A DNA stretch of 64,000 bases from Lingula anatina (lineage: Eukaryota > Animalia > Brachiopoda): positions 25,240,401 to 25,304,400 of the forward strand of contig CM120641.1 in assembly GCA_051362555.1 (NCBI GenBank), given 5' to 3'. The position numbers and the translations under genes are program-made. A model generated the notes under the pieces. It had not been told where the DNA came from. It saw only the letters and a program-made list of their open reading frames with translations, and did not search any database. Below are positions 54,201-64,000 of this stretch, one piece after another. Every line of letters starts with the position of its first letter. The stretch's first letter is position 1.

Positions 54201-57200
54201 CATTACCGTACTGCACATTTTGCTTTCACCACCAATATGTACTTTTTGATACAGCGTAACTTTGGAGATAAAAGGGAAGCAAAATTTGCAAAGTTCAGTT
54301 CATGGTGAAAAGTAGGTCAAAGGTCAATTTCAAGGTCACATTTAGATTGCCAATATATGACTTCCTATTCAAGTTCAATAGTAACTATGGACCTATCTCT
54401 GCCAGTTTTGGAGATAAAAGGGAAGCAAAATTTGCAAAGTTCAGTTCATGGTGAAAAGTAGGTCAAAGGTCAATTTCAGGGTCACATTTAGATTGCCAGT
54501 ATATGACTTCCTATTCAACTTCAATAGTAACTATGGACCTATCTCTGCCAGTTTTGGAGATAAAAGGGAAGCAAAATTTGCAAAGTTCAGTTCATGGTGA
54601 AAAGTAGGTCAAAGGTCAATTTTAAGGTCACATTATGATTGCCAGTATATGACTTCCTATTCAACTTCAATAGTAACTATGGACCTATCTCTGCCAGTTT
54701 TGGAGATAAAAGGGAACCAAAATTTGCAAAGTTCACTTCATGGTGAAAAGTAGGTCAAAGGTCAATTTCAAGGTCACATTTAGATTGCCAGTATATGACT
54801 TCCTATTCAACTTCAATAGTAACTATGGACCTATCTCTGCCAGTTTTGGAAATAAAAGGGAACCAAAATTTGCAAAGTTCAGTTCATGGTGAAAAGTAGG
54901 TCAAAGGTCAATTTCAAGGTCACATTTAGATTGCCAGTATATGACTTCCTATTCAAGTTCAATAGTAACTATGGACCTATCTCTGCCAGTTTTGGAGATA
55001 AAAGGGAACCAAAATTTGCAAAGTTCAGTTCATGGTGAAAAGTAGGTCAAAGGTCAATTTTGAGGTCACATTTAGATTGCCAGTATATGACTTCCTATTC
55101 AACTTCAATAGTAAATATGGACCTATCTCTGCCAGTTTTGGAGATAAAGGGGAAGCTAAATTTGCAAAGTTCAGTTTATGGTGAAAAGTAGGTCAAAGGT
55201 CAATTTTAAGGTCACATTTAGATTGCCAGTATATGACTTCCTAATCAACTTCAATAGTAACTATGGACCTATCTCTGCCAGTTTTGGAGATATAAGGGAC
55301 TAAATGTTATAATTTTGGAGTTACCATAATGTGCCATAAATTTCGTACAGAAAAAATTAATTAAAATAAAGAAAAGGTCATTTTGGTCAAAATTCTTGAA
55401 ATGGGAGGTGCTCTGAAGTTCCAGATGTTCAAATTTGATGAAATAATGTCATTTTTGACCACAAGTTGTCTGCTTTGCCAAGCCTTATGTTTTATTTTTC
55501 CGGAGTTCAAAATTTATTATCCATTTCCGTACTGCACATTTTGCTTTCACCACCAATATGTACTTTTTGATACAGTGTAACTCGAAAACCGTATGGAATA
55601 CAAAAAAACCGAGACCACCTCCAGTGTTGGGCTTTACATGCTCTACAAAATGCAAAAAAGAATGGGTCTCTAGCATTAACGGTTCCCGAATTAGAGACAG
55701 TTTTCAGTTTCGGTATCTTATGGCCGCTACTCCCGTGAAAATGCACCGATTGACCCCAAATTCACGGAGATGAAAGATGACCTGAAGGGTAACACTTTCC
55801 AATAATATTATTGGTTAAGTCTGTGTGGTGTCTGAATAACAGGGCAAATAATTATTTTTTCGTAAAAAAATTCATTTTTTTGAAAATTTTGGCCCGTTTG
55901 ACCTTGAAATAAAGGTCAAAGGTCAAATCCAAGGGCATATTTGAAATCTACACATATGACTTTTGGAAAGCCGTCTGTAGAAATTTTTCCCATAATTCCT
56001 TCCGTAGGGTAGATAATTAGCATTTAATTTTGCCATTTTTAGACAAGGGTGCATTGTAATGAGTGCCACACCTAGACCCCAAAACTGACAAAGCCCAAAT
56101 TTTACGTGGAACGAGTTGAGATTATAGGTGACCTAAATCCAAGAGATGGGTACAGGGGCCCTTACCGTCTAGGAGGAGAAGCGGTAACGGTAGCCGTCCG
56201 GCGGAGCCGCAGGAGCCGACGGAGCCGGCAGAACGATCCGGACGGGACTAAAACCATGTGTACCGCCAGCGCTAACGCTGGTGGTACAATTAATTACATG
56301 TATGTGTGCATATGGTTTATACCTTATAAAATACTTAAAATTTAAGCAAAAGATATTAAACTTAAGATTGATAAGACATTTTATTTCTTAAAAACTTAAT
56401 AAAAATAATGAAATTAAACAATGAAAAAGTATCAGCAGCAAAAACAAATCTGTGAGGAATAACCAAATCCCATAATCTGTGAGTCTTTTACAGTAACTCA
56501 GGGGGGTGGGCATATGAAGATTCATGTCAAACTGACCTTTTGTTACGTGCTTCTTCAAAGGTTCAAATATGTCAAATGTAAGTGTAGCACCATCTCTCAT
56601 GATAATCTTATGTCTTTGTCCGCGAGGAAATGGAGACTGTATTCTGCCTAGCTTTCCATACACTATAGTTTGCAGGTGCCCACTTCTCCCCCATATTAGT
56701 GGAGGCATGTAACTAACCAAAAAAATAAATAAATAAAATTTATAAATAATAATAAATAAATAAATAAATAAATATTTATTTTAGATCTATAGATTATTTC
56801 CTCTTCTTTACACCTCTTTCCCTCCAAAGAACTTTTAACATTTTTGTTCCTACCAACTAGACTACCAATCTGCTTCAGAAAACTGACAGGTGGAGTACTC
56901 AGTAAATGTTTATATTTTGAACATCCTGTCATTTTAGTGGGATATGAAAGTTCATGAAGAAAAAGATGTAACAGAGATGTTAAATGCCATGGAAGACTTA
57001 ACAAGCTTTTTCGCTTACATCTTTCAAAAATTATAGATAAATTTATCTATTACTTTCTCTTTTTTATTTTGGAGATTTTGCTATAATTTTAATTAACATT
57101 TTTTTTATCAGCATGATTCACTGTGAAATTTTTGTCATCAGATTTATATTGTTTTACCTTTTGATGTTATGATAAGGAATCAAAACATCAAAAGGTGAAA

Positions 57201-57501
57201 ATATATAAATCTGAAGACAACAAGAATGACTTAGACATGATAATTAATTTTTTCACACAGACACAAACTCTCTCTCTCTCTCTCTTGCTTTTGTATACAT
57301 TATACCGTATGTAATATATGCAGTATATGAAGCAACAACTTACACATTTTTCAGCAGTGGACAGAGATCCAGAATTTTTTCAACAAAGTCTGATGGCCTG
57401 AAGTATAACTCTGGTTCAGAAGGCTGGCTGGCTAAGTGGAGGGCACGGATAATTATGCAGCCAATTATAATGACACAAACTGTCACTATATTGGGCGTCA
57501 T
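48284..57501 (-). CDS. ABHD2: ABHD2-like alpha/beta hydrolase (monoacylglycerol lipase), ~402 aa; join(57501-57344, 56712-56537, 51615-51448, 50749-50566, 50242-50045, 49823-49754, 49079-48995, 48453-48284)
   Basis: All GT-AG junctions are phase-compatible (1209 nt total). N-terminal TM anchor; 'PPLIWGRSGHLQT', 'CPGIANSSESVYIRTFVDYAQ', 'LNHLG', nucleophile 'GFSMGGN', acid 'NSADDPLVP', His 'HGGHLGFF'. Confidence 0.95.
51133..51260. mobile_element. Small MITE in ABHD2 intron
   Basis: TIRs GACTCTTGCTGAATGCAATCAGATTAACAGACT / AGTCTATTTATCTGATTGCATTCAGCGAGAGTC. Confidence 0.7.
51628..53325 (+). mobile_element. Helentron/HINE-like non-autonomous element, family A copy 1
   Basis: Starts AACAAGGCAGCAAAGCTGTCAAATGTACAG; internal ~365 bp tandem duplication; (GAC/GGC) microsatellite; 3' hairpin ATGTACAGACAC-ATCT-GTGTCTGTACAT followed by an A run. 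Confidence 0.75.
53362..56292 (+). mobile_element. Helentron/HINE-like element, family B, carrying a ~146 bp satellite array (53570-55300)
   Basis: Starts AACTAGAG; about 10 satellite units; duplicated tail (53990-54260 vs 55310-55580); CGGAGCCG short repeats; terminal hairpin GTACCGCCAGCG-CTAA-CGCTGGTGGTAC. Confidence 0.75.
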
Positions 57502-57527
57502 ACCAAGATCTTGCCAATCTTCACTAA

Positions 57528-57692
57528 ATACAGATACCATTGTTACACTGTTGATACCTAAGGAAAAAAAATTGATATCTCAAAAATAAGTTACAGATAC
57601 CATTGTTACACTGTTGATACCTAAGGAAAAAAAATTGATATCTCAAAAATAAGTTACAGATACCATTGTTACACTGTTGATACCTAAGGAAA
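57528..57692. repeat. ~62 bp tandem repeat, 3 copies, the third interrupted by a HINE-like element
   Basis: TACAGATACCATTGTTACACTGTTGATACCTAAGGAAAAAAATTGATATCTCAAAAATAAGT; the third unit resumes at about 59726. Confidence 0.9.
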
Positions 57693-59725
57693 AACAAGGC
57701 AGCAAAGCTGTCAAATGTACAGACAAAAAGCAGGAAATAACTATGCCCAAAATAGGCTACTGTCAATTCTGATGCAAAAGTACATTATGTTAAACTGCAA
57801 ATTCAACATCAAATTTTAATTATGCTCAACAGGTAAGTAAAATGTGTCCAAGCATAAGGCTTCAGGACCATGGGAGTTCAAGTTCACACTTTGAAAATGT
57901 ATAACTTCCAGAAAAAGAAGCCAATTAGACTGCTTTTCCAACTCAGGCTGCATTTTAGTCCTGTATTTCTTTTCTGAACGTTTGGCAATCATCAGTAACA
58001 TGGTTTTCCCATAATGGTCATCATGGCAGCAGCACCCAAAATTGTGTTTTCTTCTATTCTGATGCAATATTACATAGTGGTTAACAGCATAATGACCGTC
58101 AATTTTTAATAATAAAATAAACGTATCATGGATTTTCGGAAAATGTGACTAGCATGGGTCTTCAAGCCCATGGAACTTCAAAGTCACACCTTGAAAATGC
58201 CAATATGTGAAAAATTAAATTTTTACAAAAAAAAAACTGTTTAACTAGCAGAAAGAATTACCAAGCAGACTGCATTGCCTACTGAAGCTGTATTTTAGTC
58301 CCATGTTTCTTTCCTGTAAGTTTGAGAACAGTAAGTGACATGATTTTTCTTAAATGGTCATCACGGGAGCAGTGCCTAAAATATTTTTTTCCAAATTTTG
58401 ATGCAATATTACATAATGTTTAACAGCATAATGACCATCAATTTTTAATAATAAAATATTAGTATTATGGATATTCAGAAAATGTGACTAGCAAAGGTTT
58501 TCAGGCCCATGGAACTTCAAAGTCACAACTTGAAAATGCCAAAATGTAAACAAGACAGCACTGTTCTGAAATGTTTTTTTTTTTCCATTTTAACAGTTTA
58601 CTGCCATTTTTATATGATCAACTAAGAAAATTGATGAGATGTGAAAAATATCAATAAAACGGTGTCAAATGTCCAATTTCCTCCATTCTGAGTTTCTGAA
58701 CATAGTGAATGATTGAATCTTACAAACTGCAATGATATGAGTTTATTTCCATTTTTGAAACTTTATTACACAATACATGATAACAAGTTTACCATCATTT
58801 TTACAAAATCAACTAACAATGTTGTAAAGATGCAGGAAATGTCAAACAAACACTTTTACTTATCTTATTAATTAAATAATGAGACTGTTAACATGCCTAA
58901 AAATTGAATCTGAGGAAATGTGAAACAAGACAGCACTATTCTGAAATGGGTTTATTTCCATTTTTAACACTTTTTTAACATAAAACAAAATTAACAGTTT
59001 ACTGCCATTTTTATATGATCAACTAAGAAAATTGATGAGATGTGAAAAATATCAATAAAACGGTGTCAAATGTCCAATTTCCTCCATTCTGAGTTTCTGA
59101 ACATAGTGAATGATTGAATCTTACAAACTGCAATGACATGAGTTTATTTCCATTTTTGACACCTTATTACACAATACACGATTACAAGTTTACCATCATT
59201 TTTATGTAATCAACTAACAATGTTGTAAAGATGCAGGAAATGTCAAACAAACACTTTTACGTACCTTATTAATTAAATAATGAGACTGTTAACATGCCTA
59301 AAAATTGAATCTGAGGAAATGTGAAAAAACAGCATAACTACTAAAATAATGGTCCGATCATGCAGATTTTCGAACTTGACCTGCGTTTTAGTAAGATTGA
59401 TTACTCCTGTGAGTTTCATGACAACAGGCCTATGCGTTTTCCTTGAAATGTGTTAACAGTGTTGCATATATGCTGAAAAGTGAAAAAACAGCATAAATTC
59501 TACAATAATGGCCCGATCATGCTGATTTTCGAACTTGACCTGTGTTTTATGAATATTCATCAGCTCTGTAAATATAAAGCCAAAAAGTAAAACTGTCTTC
59601 CACTTATGGTGTTAACGCTGAAAGTGCACGGCGACGGCGACATGATCGGCGACGGCGACGGCGACGGCGACGACAGACACAGGTGATGGCAATATGTACA
59701 GACACATCTGTGTCTGTACATAAAA
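57693..59725 (+). mobile_element. Helentron/HINE-like element, family A copy 2
   Basis: Same 5' end and 3' hairpin as 51628-53325; internal ~380 bp duplication; inserted within an A run with no distinct TSD. Confidence 0.8.
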
Positions 59726-60750
59726 ATTGATATCTCAAAAATAAGTTAAGATAACAGTTACATTGAAAGAATTAATTTATCACCTTAACATGTCAAGTGC
59801 CAATCAAATCCATGAAATGTTTATTGATTAATACATTCATTACATTAAGATTTCACATACTTGCATATCAAAAACAGCTATATTGAGTATACAAAATGTT
59901 GTACTTTACAGAAGATATCTCAAATGAACATTTCTGTCATGAACCCATACAACTTCTACAGGGATAGCAGTTTTGTGTAATTATTCATATAAGAGATAGC
60001 ATTTACTACCTGTAGTATTAAAATGTTGTAGAAGTATGGGTAAATTTGCTCTGCTTAAACAGAATGAGTAAAGGTAGTCATAAAAAGACATGCACATTAT
60101 CGGTTGGCCTATCCACTCACTCAAACTAGATCAGTGAGGATAGAAAACAAATTTACTTGTCTAATGTCAGTATTTACTTGACAGCATTGAAAAAATGCAG
60201 ATAACGTTAATGATTATTTGATGGTTCATTTACTGGGATACTGTACATGACCAAATATACATCTGTTCCTGCACCCGACAACATACATCCCTAGATGAAA
60301 GTAAACGTAAAGCAACGGTCCAAAGTCTAAGATCCAGTTGGAAGGGCAATTCTAATATACTTCAGCCGGATTAACTATATTCAATAACATACGTCATCAT
60401 ACGGTCATGATTCATGGATTATTGATGATTCGTTTTCAGCAGGGGCTCCGTTTTTCTGACGTCTTTGTGACCTTTGTACCCATTTTACTTCGGTACATTT
60501 TTTGTAACACATAATATTTGTTCACACAGCCGATTAACTGAGCATTCATTTACAAATTTAAAGCAAGGCTCAAAAGACATGAAAACGTTTGACCAAGACT
60601 ACTACAGTTACAAGAGTTGCACACATTAAGTCTGGTTTTCCATTTTTAAGTGCATCGACACTTTACATATGTCAAAGTTGACTAGGTTACATTAAACACT
60701 AGGGGCACTTTTAAAATGGATATCTCATTAGCTACATTATATATACTCAC

Positions 60751-60895
60751 TTATTGAACAAAAAAGGCGAACATTCACCTCCAGTTCCGTCTGCTATGGC
60801 GCTTTTGGGACCACGTGGTTGACAGGAGCAAATAAGACAACAGCCCATTTTCACTCCGTAGCATGTACATAAACATTTATTTACTTCCGGGTTGG
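60751..60895 (-). promoter_or_regulatory. Putative ABHD2 non-coding first exon and ETS-type core promoter motif
   Basis: Minus-strand donor AATAA|GTGAGT at about 60750, CCGGAAGT at about 60883-60890, CpG-richer patch; acceptor TATTTAG about 25 nt upstream of the ATG at 57501. Confidence 0.4.
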
Positions 60896-62408
60896 ATTTG
60901 CACGTGTGATAAGCCGCATTGGAAGCACATATTTTAAAGTTTCTGCTAAGTAACCTCCACTGTCTTCGTGTCTCTTCCTTTCTAAGTAACTGCCCAAATA
61001 TATGATAGAGGAGGTAAATCAAATAAAAAAGTTTAGTAGTCTTTTAGATCTAGGCCGTAGAAGCACGAAATTCTACGCGTTGAAGGTTGTCTGTTATGTA
61101 CATTTGATGGTTTCTTTTCCAACCGCGCAATTTTCATGACATTCAGTTTTTGTTTCCACAACGATCCATGTATGAGGATTTAAAACCAAAACTGGGCTGG
61201 TATGACAGAAAAAGATCCACAAATGCAGTGTGAGCTTGATCTCATCAAACAAATTTTGTTTTGGAAAAACGATGGAAATTAGTAGGAGGTGTCCAACTTG
61301 GGTCGCTGTCTAAAATTATTCGATTTTTTTTTTTTGGGGGGGGGAGGGGGAGGGATTCCTCAATCAAGACTTGATTTTAGATACAATTTATTTCGGTACA
61401 TTTTTGTACTTGTTTTCCATATGTTAAATGAGTCATCTGCTCAATTTTAAGAAATTCTTATTGAAAGGAGGAGTTCAAATTTTATTATTAAAAGTATAAA
61501 ATGTTATACATATTAAAAATATATATTAATTTAAATATATTATGTCCATATGATAAATTTGAGTCGTCTGTTCAATTTAAAAAAGTTCTTATTAAAACGA
61601 GTTTACATTTTATTATTAACAATATGATACAATTTAAATATAACAAACCTCAAACCTTTAATCTGTTAAATAAAAATATCTGACATCCAAGTGGGTTGCT
61701 CTCTCAGTGGTAAAATTAAATATGTTACATTCTTTATATATCTCCTAACAACTCCATTTATTAATTCCTTGCCATAGGCAGGTTGAAGCTGCATAGTGTT
61801 CTGTTTGAGAATGATCAAACAGTTTGTTCCAAGCCCTGTATGTGAGCAAGTGAAAGACTTAAGAAAAGTTGCACTTTCCCTGTTACAATCATTGGATTCT
61901 GATAGGAATTTTACCATTTTGCTTTTCTTGCCTATTCTCACTTGATTTTTGTCATCAAATAATTATATCCAACAACTTGATTGCATCTGTTAAGGGCAGC
62001 AGCTTAACATGTTCAGACATACTTCATACATTTTTTGTCCTTGGTGAACAACATACTGCATACATGCCTTGGATCTTCCTTAGCAAACTGTACCACGTCC
62101 AAAATATATTTCAAGTCTTCATCAATCCCTTACCTTAAAAAAGTAAATATGAATTTCGAGGTTAGTTATAATTTAAACTTCAATGTGAATTTTAAAATAT
62201 TCATATAAATTACTTCTCCATAAGTTAACAATTATACATTCACCTCACCACTGACCTTACTCTCAGGTCAGTTGAGGATGTTAATCACTGCAAATTTTAC
62301 TAAGACCATACCATTCATTGTTTATTCTGTTTATCACACCACAAATAATGTCACAGTGGTAAATGCCTAGTCTGACTTACTTTTGTCCACAATACTGGTA
62401 CTTCCTGG

Positions 62409-62854
62409 TCAGGAATGAAAGGATGAAAAATGGTGTACAAAATCCTTAAGTACGAAAACCTCTCCATGCTTAATCCTAGGATCCATAGATATAAAGTCAT
62501 CCAGATTATTTGTACACTCTGAAAAGCAAACAAAATGAACCATTTATACTGTAAATCTATTTCTGCTGCATGCATGAAAGATAGATGTAGTTAAATATGT
62601 TTCAGAGGCTTCCCATCAAGAACATAAAAACTGGACCCATTCCTTTCATTATATTATTGCTGGGTGTTAAAAGATAAAAAATTACTCTGTGATTTAAATA
62701 TATTTTGAACAAAATTATGGACATTGGCTTACCTTCTGTTTTTATACAAGGGTAATCAGGTGGTGGCATTTTCCACTCCCCATCTGAGAACATATGAGAT
62801 CTATCAGAAGCAAAGGTTTCTAAAAATATTTTTGCTGGGATAACTCTGAAATAC
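62409..62854 (-). CDS. NTAQ1: Protein N-terminal glutamine amidohydrolase, last two exons; join(62854-62733, 62518-62409); 5' exons lie beyond the window
   Basis: YFRVIPAKIFLETFASDRSHMFSDGEWKMPPPDYPCIKTE | ECTNNLDDFISMDPRIKHGEVFVLKDFVHHF..* matches the WDYHV1 C-terminus (FASDRSHM, PPPxYPCI, NLxDFISM); GT-AG, phase 1. Confidence 0.92.
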
Positions 62855-63180
62855 CTGTAAGGAAAGAACAAACGAATTTTTCATTATTTACATAGAAAAG
62901 AAATGGGAGGATAAAGAAGCACAACGTACTTATGAATGAACATAAATAAACAACTGGACAGAGAATCAAAATTACTGCAAATTACTAGCTTGTGACACAG
63001 AACAGTGGAATATCTTTGTTGGTCCCCTAGATGCCAGCTGGCATAAAAGGAACTGAAGAAGATGGGTTCACATCTGAAATTAGTTGTTAACTAGTTATAA
63101 CCATAGTGTTAAACAACTGTAAGCTGTCAAAATCACAATTTTTTTAATATTCATCATCAGTCCTTAAACTCTTAAATTAA

Positions 63181-64000
63181 AACAAGGCAGCAAAGCTGTC
63201 AAATGTACAGTCAAAAAGCAGAAAATAAAAATGCACAAAATAGGATACTGTCAATTCTGATGCAATAATGTATTATGCTTAACTGCATAGCCAACATCAA
63301 ATTTTTTAAAATTCTGCACAACAGTTGATTAGGATGAAAGTAAAATGTGTAACAAGCATTAGACTGAGTTCCCATACCTATATCAATCTAACAGGATTAA
63401 TCCATGCAACTCCAAGGGGTTTCTCACTAAATTGCTTTCAGCTTAAGCGGCTTAGGATTCTGGCTTTCCAGTTTCAGTAGGCGTGACAGACAGCTAAGCC
63501 ACTTACACTGATTGCAATTTGGCGAGAATCCCCTTGGAGATAGATCAATCCACAGTTAGCGTGATAGGGTCTAGAAATGGTCCCTAAGGCTTCAGGCTGA
63601 TAAGACTTAAAGTTCATACTTTGGAAATACCAAAACGAACAGTTATTATCCCTTTAACTGCAAAGTCAAGTTGCAAATATTGCACAACAGGTAGTATCAA
63701 TAAAAGTGAACTGTTACAAGCATAAGGCTTCAGGACCATGAGAGTTCAAGCCCACACTTTGAAAATGCCAGGATGATAAAACTTCATAAAAAAAATTATA
63801 AATTTGATCTAAAAAAATGATAGTCCAATAGAGCTGGTTTTCTTATTTGAGCTGCATGTTAATCCTAACAATCATTCTTGTAAGTTACAAAAATAAAAAA
63901 AAAATACTAGTAAAAAAGTTTTCTTTCCATAATGTTTGTGGTGACAGTGCATAAAGTAAGGTTTTTGTGGTCAATTTTGATACAATATTACTTAATGATT
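63181..64000 (+). mobile_element. Helentron/HINE-like element, family A copy 3 (partial, runs off the window)
   Basis: AACAAGGCAGCAAAGCTGTCAAATGTACAG start and homology to 57693-58070; about 63365-63580 is an unrelated insert. Confidence 0.65.

Overview
AT-rich, intron-containing eukaryotic DNA, most likely an invertebrate animal (lophotrochozoan/mollusc-like by repeat style; inference only). All recognisable genes are on the minus strand: an intronless atypical class A GPCR (4.7-5.9 kb); three tandem, intact paralogues of a two-coding-exon gene encoding a type II membrane anchor, a bacterial-style class I SAM-dependent methyltransferase and a degenerate GT-A/GT2-like domain (12.8-32.3 kb); a complete 8-coding-exon ABHD2-like hydrolase (48.3-57.5 kb); and the last two exons of NTAQ1/WDYHV1 (62.4-62.9 kb). 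The rest is rich in mobile DNA: a decayed Tc1 element just upstream of each methyltransferase copy, a dead LINE, several MITEs, a 3.4 kb fold-back-like element, and Helentron/HINE-like elements, some carrying a ~146 bp satellite. The most interesting signal is the methyltransferase triplet: a candidate bacterial-derived gene retargeted to the secretory pathway (possible glycan O-methyltransferase), whose middle copy looks like an unequal-crossover chimera. Coordinates were read by eye and repeat boundaries are approximate.
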